Shown piece after piece: positions 13,643 to 25,827 of a DNA stretch of 64,000 nt. Position numbers and translations under genes: made by a program. The notes beneath the pieces are model-generated. The model saw only the letters and a list, made by a program, of their open reading frames with translations, was not told the origin of the DNA and did not search any database. The stretch is from Vicugna vicugna (lineage: Eukaryota), in contig MU057887.1 of the NCBI GenBank assembly GCA_013265495.1, positions 3,683,668 through 3,747,667 on the forward strand, given 5' to 3'. Positions within the stretch are counted from its first letter, which is position 1. Each line of letters starts with the position of its first letter.

Positions 13643-15189
13643 CTAGGCTGACAAAAGACACATCCTGGAACCTTGAGCCTCCGGGGCCTCGGGTCCCCAG
13701 GCCATCCTGCCACCCTGTTGCAGGAGCCAGAGCCTTTCCTCCTGGCCAGCGCCTCATCCCTGCTTCCCCCAGGTCCAGAACACATGTGGGCTGGGACTTG
13801 GGGGTCACTGCTGGGCTCTGGGCACCCAGCCTATGTGCTGGTGAGGCAGAGCGGATGGGGATGGAGCCCCAGTCCTGGCAGCTTCACCTGTGATCACAGC
13901 AACCCCTGTGACCTGGTGCAGGCAGCAGCAGGCGGGCGTGTTTGGGGGCCCAGGAAGTCCAGCCGCGAGTCTTCTTGCTGTCCCTGGCCTGGCCCTGCTC
14001 TGAGTCAGGTCACCAGAGCACCCTCTGCCTCCAGGTCAGCGAGATGCGTGAGTCAGAAGAGAACGTGCTGGTGCTGCGTGTCCAGACGCTGCCCCAGGCC
14101 AGGCCGGGAGGATGCAGGCCTCGGTCATTAGGCCTGAGGCCCAGAGCGAGCGCCACAATCTGCTTTACTAGAACGGGGAGAGGGGGGACAGCTAGGGACC
14201 ACCGCACCAAATGAGTCCATGGCACTGTGGCTGCCTGGAGCGAGGAGGCCCCACATGGCCTGAGAGACACCGCAGTGCACCCGTCCCCGTGGCCGTCTCA
14301 GCACAGGCCCACACCAGGTGACACAGCTGGCGCTCTGTACCCATACCATCTCAGTGCCGAGGGGCCACATGCAGGTGATCAGAAGCGGAGGGCAAACCAG
14401 CCACGTGACTTCACGGGGGAGCCAGGCCCATGGGGGTAGGAGCATTGTGGGGAACGGCCCTCTCCCCTGGGCTCCTGTCTTATATCTGAGGACTGGGGGC
14501 TACGGACCCTCCCAATGTCCACAAAGAACTGGCCCTCTCCACCCCTTGCAGGTTCCCTGTCCCTTGCAGACTGAGGTGACTGGGACACCCCAACCTGAAA
14601 CCAAAGAGGCCGCAGGGCCACCCCCACCACCTCCAGTCTCCACAGCCTGCAGGGCCCGCTGAAGCCGGAGGGCCCAAAGCCCCCCTGCAGCAGGGCCTGA
14701 GGGATCTGACCCGTGCAGACACCCCCTTTGCCCCTTTGCTCAGTGCCAGGTTGGAAGGAGGTGCTTAGGTGCAAAGAACCTGGACCAGCACAGCCAGACT
14801 TTTGTTGAATAAATGAGCAAACAAGTGACCACTGGGGCGCAGGGGGGTGCCCTCCAGCAAGGAGGGGCTGCAGAGGGGGGTTCTTGGGGAGGAGGCCGCG
14901 CACGGGAAGCTGTCATTCCCACCTGCCCACGCAGGTGTCCTCCTCCTCCAGCGCAGGGTGTGGGGGTGCCGGTTGTGGGGTGAGGGGAGCCGTTCGGGAC
15001 CTGGGTGGGTGTACGGATGTGGCCCATGGGTAGCGAGGGGCCCAGGATGCGGGCATGGGGCGCAGGCAGCGGGAGGGCGTTGGGGCAGAGCTCCGTAAGA
15101 AATACCATAGTGAAGATTGCACAATTTCGCTAAAATAACTGTATACAAGGTTCCTCATCCATGTGTAGGCTTTCAAAATACAAGCCACG

Positions 15190-15620
15190 CTCTGGAGACC
15201 GCGGGGCCTGGGCGCGAAGGTCTGGTCCTGGTCATCGGCGTCATGGGGTCCACAGGCCGCCGCCCCGCCCGCCGCCCAGGGGCACGAAGCAGGCGCCCTG
15301 CTGGATCGCGGAGCGGAAGGAGCTGCAGCGCTTGCAGGCACCGGCGGGCGGCAGCAAGCAGCGGCACACTAGGCACGGCGGCGCTCGGAGGGCCCCTGGT
15401 AGCCCTGGGAGGGTCGCGGTGAGGGAGGGAGAGAGAGGGAGAGAGAGAGAGAGACAGCGCGCGGCGCTAAGACGGCGCCCACCTGCGGTGAAACCGCGTC
15501 CACCTCCCCAGGCCGCGCCTCCAGCCCAGACCACGCCCACCTGCCCAGGCCCCTCTCCCAGCCCCAGGCCGCGCCCACCGAACCCACACACAGGTCCCCA
15601 GACAAGGTCCATCGGTCCAT
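15190..15620. promoter_or_regulatory. CpG-island-like segment over the TTLL8 last exon, upstream of the IL17REL start
   Basis: Dense CpG (gccgccgccccgcccgccg, cgcgcggcgc) relative to the flanks; contains a (GA)n run at about 15421-15454. Confidence 0.6.
15241..15404 (-). CDS. TTLL8: TTLL8 terminal coding exon: (G)LPGALRAPPCLVCRCLLPPAGACKRCSSFRSAIQQGACFVPLGGGRGGGLWTP*
   Basis: Acceptor ccctcccAG (15406-15405) after a (CT)n tract; phase 1 matches the donor at 32226; matches the recalled human C-terminus PPCLVCRGLLPPAGPCKRCSSF...RTP; TGA at 15243-15241. Confidence 0.88.
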
Positions 15621-18600
15621 GAAATCACGTCCACCACCCCAGACCAGGCCCACAGGTCCCACAAACCACGCCTGTTGCCCCAAGACCTCGTCTCTGGCCA
15701 CATTCACCAGACCCTGAGATTGTGCTCCTATGGCGTGCTCACCTCAGGCTCGCCCACCTCAAGGCTGCCCTCACCTCCTGCAAAACCAGCGGCTAGCTGG
15801 GCGGTCAGTCCCCGCTGGCTCCCAAGCCCACTTAATCCCGCACAGACCCCACCTGGCTGTCCCCAGTTCTCAGGAAAGCCCAGACCTCCACTCAAGGCCA
15901 AGGGGTGAGGCCCTGGGGCCATTGCGTCTCTGGGGTGAAGGCTGCAGGCATCAGGGAGGTACCCTCAGCCCTGCTCATTTTCCTCCATCCCCAGACCGGG
16001 GTGGTTCCAGGCAGGGGAGTAAGTCTGGGGCACTGGCCCGGGCCCTCCCACTGTGGGCAGGCAGGCAGAGGGGTTGCTAGAGGAAATGTGCAAAGTCACG
16101 ATCTCTGGAGCCCACAGCCCCACAACTATCCCCAAGTCAACCCCTGAAGCCAGCCTGGGTGTCCAGCCTCAGGAGCAGGACCCAGGAGCAGGGCCCAGCA
16201 GCACCCACCTAGCACCCCTGGACTGCCCCTCAGGCCCTGCTTAGGAGGCTGGGCAAAGGATGCCTGCAGCCCCACAGAGGGCCATGTGGGCACAGGAGGG
16301 ACTTTGGGGACCCAGGTTCTCCGGTCCCCATCCCACGGGTGCCTGAATAGGGGACAATTTCTCCAGCTCTTCCTCTAGCCCTTAACCTGCCCTGCCCTCC
16401 TTGAGACAGCCATGCCTGGAAGGGCCCAGCTCCTGAGCTCAGCCCTGGAGCTCGGGCCTGGACCCCAACAGGCTGGGGCTGGGGCCAGAGCTGAGGACTG
16501 GGCAGCAGCACCATGCCCACTGCCAGCGCACTGACCCAGCGGCCAGAGCCCCAGGCAGGTCAGTGGCTGAAGTGAGACCGGAGTATCAGAGCTGGGGGTT
16601 CACCAAGAATGATGGATGAGCCCCCATACCCAGTGTGAAGCTGTTCTGCCCACCGGCCACCTGACACCTGGGGGAGCCATCCACCTTACGGGCAGGCTGG
16701 GCTCTGGGCTGGCCACTCAGGATGCCAGCCCGCGGGTCCAGGAGGTGGTGACCTCGTTGGGCGAGGGTCTTGTGGCTGATGGTCCCAGCAGTGGTTGTGA
16801 CAGGCAGGAGCGCTATGCAGAAGCTGCTGCTTCCCGAGGATTTTCACTCAGTCCCTCAACACCGCAGGATGAGTAAGGCCAGCAGGCGGGGGGATCACAT
16901 GCCCCTCCAAGAGGCCTCCCACAGGCCTCTGTCCTCATCCTCAGGGCCTCTAGCCTCTGCCCTTGCTCTGCAGTGCCTCCCCACCAGGTCTCTGGCCTTC
17001 CTCAGGGGTTGCAGTGGGCCTGTGCAAGCTCCCTGCCCACCCCTGCCATGCTGGGGCCCATGAGTCAGGCCTCAGAAGGCTGGCTGCCCGCCTGCTGCAG
17101 CTTGTGCTGGGGGCGGGCTGGGAGGACGGGGTCTCTCAGGCTTTCCCCACCTTGGAGCCAGGGCGGCGCCCAGCCAGCAGCGGCCTGCCCAGAGTGCCAT
17201 GGGCTGAGCCACGAGGCCTCAGAGCCGCCCACTGCCAGTGACCCATGCTGAGTCACTCCTCCCCGGGGCCCAGGCGGGTCTGGCGGGGTGGGCTGGAGCA
17301 GGGCCACCCAGCCCCTGTGCAGAGCAGCCCCAGAGCTCCCTGAGCCTCCAGCAGATGCTGAGGCACAGCCCAGGAATGGGGCCTTCCCAAGGGGCTGGGG
17401 CCAGCCTGTCCCACAGGACATGCCAGGGCCTGTGCGACACCGAGGCTGTAGCAGGCAGGTGGTCCGGGCACAGGGCGGGGCGACAGAGGCTTTGAGGCGG
17501 GCAGGCAGAGAGGCGGGGGCTGCTCTACTGGCAAAGCTTTGCCCATCAGTGCACCCCAGGGCTAAACAGGGCCCAGCCTAGGGCCAGAGTGGATGGAGAC
17601 TGGGCCAGCTCCAAGCCGAGGAGGACAGGGCCAGGCTCTGGTGGTGAGGGGCAGCTGACTGTGACGAAGGAAGCCGTCCCGTTTAGGGCTGGGGCCGAGG
17701 GGCTGAGAAGCCGGACAGCCGGGTGTTGTGCACCCTGGGGTAAAAGAGAAGGTGGGGGGCGCTTAAGGCTCATGGGGAGTGCAGCTCCAAAGTGGACGGG
17801 GTATCCACTCAGGAACTGGTACTCTGGGATCCAGACCAACCCTTCTGGGAAAAAACACCAAACCTGGAGCACAAAACATGAAAAGAATCTTAAAAGCACC
17901 AAAAAAACTGGCAAAGTAGCAAGGAATGATCAGGTGGGTATGGGGCTCAGAGAGGGAGGAAGCCCCTCCTTCTGGGGCTTTGCCCACCAGGCCCCCACTG
18001 GGCTCGAGGTTCCAAGGCTTTGGGGGTGTGGGGCACAGAAGACACCCCCAAGAGGGGTGAGAGACACTCCACCCCTCAATAGAGCAGCACCCCTGAAGAG
18101 CGACAACCTGGCACAAGGGTGAGCCCAAAATACAGCCCCCCCCGGGACCGCCAGGAGTGTCTGTAGTGCTTAGCAACACGGGAGGAAACCCCAGAGAAAC
18201 TGGAGCCCCAGGCTGACCCTGGAACAGACCTGGGTGACAAACCCTTACCCCTGGGCTCGGGTGGGGCAGGGAGGGCATGGAGCACCCAGCTCTGAATGTG
18301 AGAGGTTGCGGGCAGCCTTCCCCGGGAGAGGAGGGCCTGGCGGGGCAACAGCCAGTTGGGGAAAGACTCACCTACATTCTGGAAGGAAGGCAATAAGTCC
18401 CTGTGATTAATTTTTCAAAGAAAATAGCTGTTTATAATAAAGTGTGAGAGTGCCCACAGAAACAGTAGCACAAACGTGACCAAAGGCATCAACTATTAGA
18501 GTCTCAGACACAGTACAAACCGACTCCATGGCATCATGCAACTTAGAAATTACAGGCAAAGGGAAGACACTGTCCAGAGTAACCAAGTTTACTAAAAAGG

Positions 18601-18965
18601 AGAGCTTCTGAAAATGAAGCTCTAATAAGTAAATTTAAAATTTCAATGGATGGGATTGAGCACTGGGCTAGACACCGACAGGAACAGGACGAGCTGGAAG
18701 ACAGAGAAGGCGGCACGTGTAGACTGCAGCGCAGGGAGCCAACACATCAGAGAGTGGACGGAGGTAAGAGATAGGGCTAGAGAAGGTTTCAGCCAGCATC
18801 CCACCTGAGCTCCCCAGGGAAGGAGACAGAGTGGGGCGGAGGCAATATTTAAAGAAGTAACAGCTGGAAGTTTCTCATAATTGATTAATGATGTGAGTGT
18901 ACAGGTTAGAGATGTCCAAAGACTCCCAGTTGAATAGATAAAAATAAAACCACACCCAGACCCAT

Positions 18966-19443
18966 CACACACACACATACACACGCATACAAACACACAT
19001 ACACACACACACGCACACACACATACACTACACACACAAACACACATACACATACACACACATACACGCATACACACACACGCATACACACATACACATA
19101 CGCGCACACATACACACACACGCGCACACACATACACTAAACACACACACATACACACATACACATACACACACAAACACATACACGCATACACACACAC
19201 GCATACACACATACACATACACGCACACATACACACATACACATGCACACATACACACACACAAACACCTACACGCATACACACACACACAAACACATAC
19301 ACGCATACACACATACACATACACGCACACATACACACATACACATGCACACATACACACACACAAACACCTACACGCATACACACACACACAAACACAT
19401 ACACGCACAAACACATACACACACACACACACACACACATACA
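18966..19443. repeat. Long compound (CA)n/(CATA)n/(CACG) microsatellite, about 480 bp
   Basis: Directly visible; it produces the C/V-rich and H/T-rich pseudo-ORFs in the track. Confidence 0.97.
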
Positions 19444-20089
19444 AATAGTCCTAAATGAAGCAGGCAGTTAACACAGACAGCTCACTCTGGGAAAGCCACA
19501 GGCTAGGCTGTATTCTCGCAGAGCAGCAGGGAAAGCCAAGACGGTGGAGCGCTGCCTCCAACGTGCTGCGAGAAAGTCGCTGGCAACCTGGCCTCCTTGT
19601 ACAGACAGTCTGTCTCTTTCAAGAGTAAGCATGCGAAAAATTTTTAAAAAAGGAGAGATTCCAGATTGAAAGTTCGGGTCTTGTGGAGGGTGAAGTGGCA
19701 GTGACACTAAGGCGGGTGGAGGCAGGAACAAAACAACAGAATTAACTGCAGGACAACAAGAGAGAGCAGTCAGGAGTGCGGCCTCAAGTTCTCCAAGCCT
19801 GAAGGCCAGTGCACTGTCCGGGTGGGAGTAAAAGTGTGGTCTTCTCAACTTTAGACTCTGATAACCTCACCATGTAACTAGTATTTCCTGGGCAGCCACT
19901 GAAAGACCAGAAACAGAGTGTGTAACCTCCAAACTAGAAGACGGAATCACTGAAACGAGAAAAAAATAACGAACACAGCGAAAGAACAAAGAGAAAAAGG
20001 AACATGAAATGGAGGAGAATAAACAGAAATCAAACGCAATCAGACGCCAACCTGGTTGCCAGGCTCCAGGACGGCCCCCAGCGACCCTG

Positions 20090-20490
20090 TCTCTGGCATC
20101 CGTGCCCTTGGGCAGGCCCCTCCGATGCTGTGTCAGGATTGGTGTGTGACCAGCAGAATGAGCGGCGGGTGACTTCTCAGGCCGGCCTACAGAAGCCATG
20201 AGACTCCAGTCTGTCGAATCCCTGCTCTGGAGGAAGCTCCGTCATGCTGTGAGGTCACTCAGGCAGCCCTTTGGAGAGGCCCACGTGGCCAGGGAGCGAG
20301 GCCTCCAGCCACAGCCGTCAGCCGTGTGAGCCAGCCGTCGCGGAAGTGGCTGCCCCGCCCCGGTCAGGCCTTCAGATGACGCAGCTTGGCCGAGGCCTGG
20401 AGCCAGTACCACAAGGTGAATCCTGAGCCTCTGCAATGTGTGGGATGATTAGTGTGTGTTGTTCGGGGGTGATCTGGTGTGCAGAATCCT
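20090..20490 (+). mobile_element. MaLR solo LTR (MLT1-like)
   Basis: Motifs 'ggagaggcccacgtggccagggagcgaggcctccagcc' and 'ccggtcaggccttcagatgac' are typical of MLT1F-like LTRs. Confidence 0.7.
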
Positions 20491-23400
20491 CGTACAGGTG
20501 TACATATATGATCACATAACCACTAGGTGCACTGGTTAGAAGACTGTGGTCAGTCTGAATTTAGAAGGTCAAATTTTATGCAGATAAACATCTGAGATGT
20601 GAGACTAGAGAATGGTCCAGAGGAAAAAACATACCAGATAAATTCTAAGCAAAATAAAATTAATAACAGAGTCTGAAGAAATATGAAGCCAAAGTGGACA
20701 GGATCTTAAGAAACTGAAGCATCCCCGAAGATTCTTATCATACTTGGCTTAGTAACTGATGGAAGCAGCAGACAGGAAGTGTCAGTAAGAATGTGAGAGG
20801 TTTGAACAACACAGCAAACAAACCTGACCCACTTCTGATAACCAACAACTGCAGAGCACACATTTTCAAGCACCAAGGAGCCCTGACTGCATAAAGCACC
20901 CACAACAAACGTCTGTGTGTCGAAGTGACACAGACGATGGTGTCCGATCAAAATACAGTTACACCAACAAGAAAATACAGCCTAACTCTAAAACCTGACA
21001 CTAACGCACTTACAGGAAACCAATGTCTACGTAACTTAGAGATCAGAGAAATAATTGTAATGAAAGTTAGAAGACACTGACTTGAATAATACTGAAAATA
21101 CTACATTAAAAATTTCATACGCAGCTGAAGCAGAAAACAAAGGAAAATTGCCATTCTTAAATACATTTAATGTATTAAAAAGAAGAAATGCTGAAAACTA
21201 CGAACCAACCATCGAGTTCAGGAAGTTAGAAAAAGAACAAACCCAAAGAATAAAAATCAAGCAAAAGTAAGCGAATGGAAAGTCCAGCCAAACTGGAGGC
21301 TGGTTCTCGAGAAGCCGGATAAAGGGGTGCGCCCCGGTGACGCCGATGGGGGCGCAGTGTTAGACGCGAAAGTGAGGCATCACTGCTCGCCCCCAGAGAT
21401 TACAGACAGCAAAGGAAGACAAGGTCCGTTTCCCACTCACGCATCGGCCAAGCCACTGACGTGAACAGGGTGAGGCGACCATCTCCACAGAGTCAGGAAA
21501 AACACCCAGTAAGTTGTGTCATTCTTGATTGAAAAAAGAAAGAGAGAAAAGGCAGGAAGGAAGGGAGAGAGGGAAGACGGAGGGAAGGAGGCAACTCTCA
21601 GCGAACAGGCCGCGGCGGGAGCAGCCGCCCTCTGACGGTGTGCGTCTGTGAAGCCTTCCAGCTGGCCTGGTGGACGGGCTCCCGCCCCGCTCAGCCCTGG
21701 CGCGTCCAGCCAGGGCATCCACAACCTGCCAGGACCAGGGGGTGTGTTCACAACACTGCGGGCTGCAGGGTCAGCAGACAAACGCCGATGAGATGCTCAA
21801 CATGTAAGCACGGATAACTGGGAAATAAAATTTAAAACACTATTTATGTCACTGACATGCAGAATCTTTAAAAAAAAAAAGTCAAACTCATAGAAACGGA
21901 GTAGAAAAGTGGCTGCCAGGGTCTGGGGGCGGGGGAAACAGGGAGAGGTCAGGGAAAAGGAGGAAACACTCAGCCACGAGCGACGAAGGCCTGAGAACCG
22001 GCTGTCAGACATAGCGACCAGGCCGCAGGCAGGGCATCACTGAAACTTGCTAAGAGTGGATCTTAAACGTTCTCACCAAGAAAAAAATTTATTAAAGTAT
22101 CAAAATGTACTAATAAAGACACATTTATAGAAGTGTCAAATATATCAAATGCATAGGAATAAATATCAAATTTTAAATGGAAAAATCTCCATGCTAAAAA
22201 TATTGCTTAGGAAAACTAAAGAATGCGTGAATTAGTGTTGAGACGCATCACGACATGGACTGGAGGTCTCGGTGCTGTAACGAAGCCACTTCTTCCTAAA
22301 ATGATCGACAGAGTAGACGTGGTTCCAATCGCAACACACCAGGCTGTTTCTGTAGAAGTCTACAGACTGATTCTAAAAGTTACACGGAAGCTCGAAACAC
22401 AGAACAGCCCCGGAGGCCTCGGGAAGGAAGCTGCTGGGGAACTTAACTACTGCTTTTCAAAACTTACCTCGAAGCTGCAGTAATTAAGAATGAACGGTGG
22501 TCTTGGCATGAGGATACGCCAGTAACTGATGGCACAGAACCGAGAACCCAGAATTCATTCCAGAGAGTGTTTTTGACAAAGACGCCAAAGCAATTCCACG
22601 GGAGAAAGCAAAGTCTTCAACGCCGGTGCTGGGTCAGCTGGCACTTGACACCTGCTCAAAAACTAACTCAGGATAGATCAGAGACCCAGATGGGAAAGTC
22701 AACACCATGAAGCTTCTAGGAGACCTAGGAGACTGTCTTTATGGCTGCGGGGGAAGCAGGGTTTCCTTAGGCAGGGTGCCCAAAGCACTAGCCACAAAAG
22801 GAAAGCTGATGAATCGCACTTCATGAAACATTTCTACTCTTCAAAAGGCCTCACTAAGAAAGTGAAAACAGAAACCACAGACTGGGAGGAAATATTACCA
22901 ATACACATATATGAGAAATGAATATACAGAATATATAAAAACCACAGCAAATAAATAACGAAAGACAAAGGACCTAATTTAAAAATGGGTAGAAGGCTTC
23001 AACAGGCACTCACAGGGAAGGACAAGAGCGGCCAGTGAACAGAAAGCACAGTGCTCAGTGTGACTGGGCGCCAGGGGACAAAGCACAACCGCGACGAGAG
23101 ATCAGCACACCCACCCCCACCAGCCTGGCTGAAAGCAGGACGTGACGATTCCGAGTGCTGGCGAGGACCTGGGGCCACCCCCAGCTCTCACGCTGCTGGG
23201 GGGACCGACACGTCGCAACCACTCAGGGAGACGGCTTGGCAGCTTCTTCTAAAGCAAGGTCTGAGTGTCCCCCATGGCCTGTGGCGCCACCCCGGGTACA
23301 GAACCAGGAGAAAGGATGCACGCGTCCAGTGGAGGCTTGCGGCGGGGTGGCAGGGCACCTGCATTTGTGACAGTCCTGAAGGGGAGGTAACCTGCCTTCC

Positions 23401-23789
23401 ATTCACAGCTCAAGCACACGCACTGGGGCACACTCACACAACCAGATGCTGCTCGGCAGGGAAAATGGTGCAGGATGGATGCACTCAGCGTGGCGAAGGA
23501 GGACGGACACAGAGGAGCCTGGCCGTGTGCATCCACGAGTGACACCGCAGCCTGTGTGGACTTAACTCAGACAGCGGCCACCCCAAGGGCAGGAGGTAAA
23601 GGGGATGGGGCACAGGGACTTTCCGAAGTGAGCAGTGTCACCTGTCTTGATCGGGGTGGCGATCGGACATGCAAACACGTCACCCTGTGTCTACGTAAGA
23701 CCCAAACTTACCGTTCGGAAGTTGTGCCTTAAGAACAAACACTGTGTAAAGAGAAATAGTATTTACTGTGACATAAAAAGCCATCAAAT

Positions 23790-23985
23790 AACAAACTATT
23801 ATATACAGAATAAACAACAAGGTCCTACTGTGCAGCACAGGGAACTACACTGAATACCTTGCAATAGCCTGTGATGAAAAAGAATATGAAAAGAAGTGTA
23901 TGAATGCATAACTGAATTGCTCTGCTGTACATCTGAAACTAACACCACATTGTAAACTGACTATAGTTCAATCAAAAAAAAAAAC
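23790..23985 (+). mobile_element. Younger cetartiodactyl-type L1 3' end with poly(A)
   Basis: 'aacaacaaggtcctactgtgcagcacagggaactac...ctgaaactaacaccacattgtaaactgactat' followed by an A-tail. Confidence 0.75.
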
Positions 23986-24319
23986 CCAAAAAACCAAATA
24001 GCCAGGGGAAAAAAAGTCTACTAAAAGATATGCCAGACCTCTACCCTGAAAAACCACGAAACACGACTGAGAGAAAATCAAAGATGCCCGGATTGAATGG
24101 AGTTGATGTGATGGCGGCTTGAAAGACTCAAAGTAGGAAGCTGTGAGGTCTCCTCTCTGCAGTTCAAGGTGACCCCAGTCAAAACCCCGGCAGTTTGTCT
24201 CCCCTCTCTCCCTCCCTCCCTCTCTCCCTCTCCTTTTTCCCTTCTCTCGAGGTTGACAGGCTGACCTTGGCATCTATATGGAAACGCAAGGGGCAGAGAG
24301 CCACAACAGCTGCTGGGGC

Positions 24320-25790
24320 AGAGCGTGCCTCCCGCGCTGCTGGCGGCGCGGCCCGGGTGACCTGCTGTCACCCACGGACGGTGCGGCACAGGCTGCAAGC
24401 ACCTGGCCTGTTGCCTGGCTGTCATGAGACACACACACCCTGGGCAGCCCTGGCGCGAGGACGAGAGTCATGCGGTGCTGGCCGGAACCCAACCGGCAGC
24501 CTGGCAGCAAGTGCCGCCAGTCCCGCTGAAGCCCCCCAGCCGAGGCCGCGGGACCGGAGAGGTCGCAGGGTGCCCCGCGCCACCCCCGCAGCGCAAGCCG
24601 ACGCGGACGCACGAAGGCCTAGAATAACCCCAGACAGGTGGTGACGGCGTCAGAGCCAGCCCGCGGGGGGCGAGCAAAGGCTGGGGCGCTGGGACCCCCG
24701 CACCGCCCCCCGTCACCCGCGGCGCGGCGGGGAGGGCCCACAGCCTTCTCCTCTTGCGGGAGGGCCGACAGGAGGCGAGTCCTCGCGTCCCGGCGCCCGC
24801 CCGAGCAAGGCAACCCGAGCACGTGCCGCGCGCGCGGCAGCGGGCTGGCGGCCGGCAGAGTCGCGGGCGCGGCGCTCGCCTTCCCTGAGGGGCCCTCGGG
24901 ACTCGGCGGTGTGCACCCCGAGCGGCCCGGCAGCCTCGCCTGGAGCTGCCGCGGGAGCGGCGCCGGTGCCCACGGGCCGGAGGCGCCTGCGCCCCGAGTC
25001 CCCTCCTCGGGGCTGCGTGGGCCCCTGGAGGGGATGGAGCTGCTGGCCAGCTGCCTTCTGTCCTTCCTGCGAACCGGCCACGCGGCCCGACGAGGGCCCG
25101 GGGGTCGGAGCGTCTGGCGGAGCCCGAAGGACCCGATGTTGGGAGGCGGCGCCGCAGGGAGGAGGTGGGCGCGGAGGGCGGCGGAACCGGCGGGCTGGGG
25201 GATGCGGCCCCTGCAGAGCCGCGCCTGGAGACGGGTTCTCACCCCAGTCCAGCAGCACACGAAATCCAGAACCGCTTCCCGTCAGAAAGGCCTCGGGGGG
25301 CTCAGCGTCCTGACCGGGCGGAGGGCCGGCTGCCCCGCCCTCTGGCCGCCGCTCAGAAGGGGCTGCCGTGGTGGCTTCCGCCGGACAGGAGGCTCCCGGA
25401 GGGTCCAGGGGCCGGTGGAGAGAAGGGTGCGTTTGGAAAACGAATGTGGGAGCGGATTCTGGCGCCCAGCGTTGGAGGAACGAAGCAGCCTTTTGCGGGA
25501 AGAGCTACGCTGGCGAAGGGACGGCGGCTGGACCCACGGAGGCAGCGCCTGTTTGCGCGGTGCGGGCCCACGGCACTGCTTCCGCAGGCGAAGCAACCCG
25601 GAAACGGCCAGCCTCCGAAACAGGCCCTCTCGCGGGCAGAGCCAGGCCTCGCTGGCGAAATGGGTTAAGGCGCACAATCGTGGCCGGGAGCCCCCCGGGA
25701 GGGGCACAGGGCTTGCCACTGGGACTCCAGGGGGCAGTGGACCCCCCACTGCTCCCCGCTGCGGTGTGGGGGCCGTGTATGTGCGGGGGT
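24320..25790. promoter_or_regulatory. Intronic CpG island (about 1.4 kb) in the last TTLL8 intron
   Basis: Very high GC and CpG density, sharply bounded by AT-rich L1 sequence on the left. Confidence 0.8.
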
Positions 25791-25827
25791 AGGGGTAGGC
25801 AGTGAGCATGTGTGCGCAGATGACTCC

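Larger units (their letters stand above)
18380..23780 (+). mobile_element. Mosaic of old LINE-1 fragments (ORF1 to 3' end) with nested repeats
   Basis: L1 motifs such as 'gaggcaatatttaaagaagtaacagctgg', 'ttttgacaaagacgccaaagcaattc' and 'atcttaaacgttctcacc'. Boundaries approximate. Confidence 0.7.

Noticed and set aside
14020..14110. Plus-strand exon-like segment (ctccag|VSEMRESEENVLVLRVQTL)
   Set aside because: It has an acceptor-like start but no recognisable homology and no partner exons.
18643..19458. Cys/Val-rich and His/Thr-rich ORFs
   Set aside because: They are translations of the (CA)n microsatellite, not metallothionein- or keratin-like genes.
24638..25792. 384-aa plus-strand ORF in the CpG island
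   Set aside because: It is R/G/P/A-rich with no recognisable domain, and long ORFs occur in several frames on both strands there. This is expected from stop-codon depletion in GC-converted retroelement DNA.
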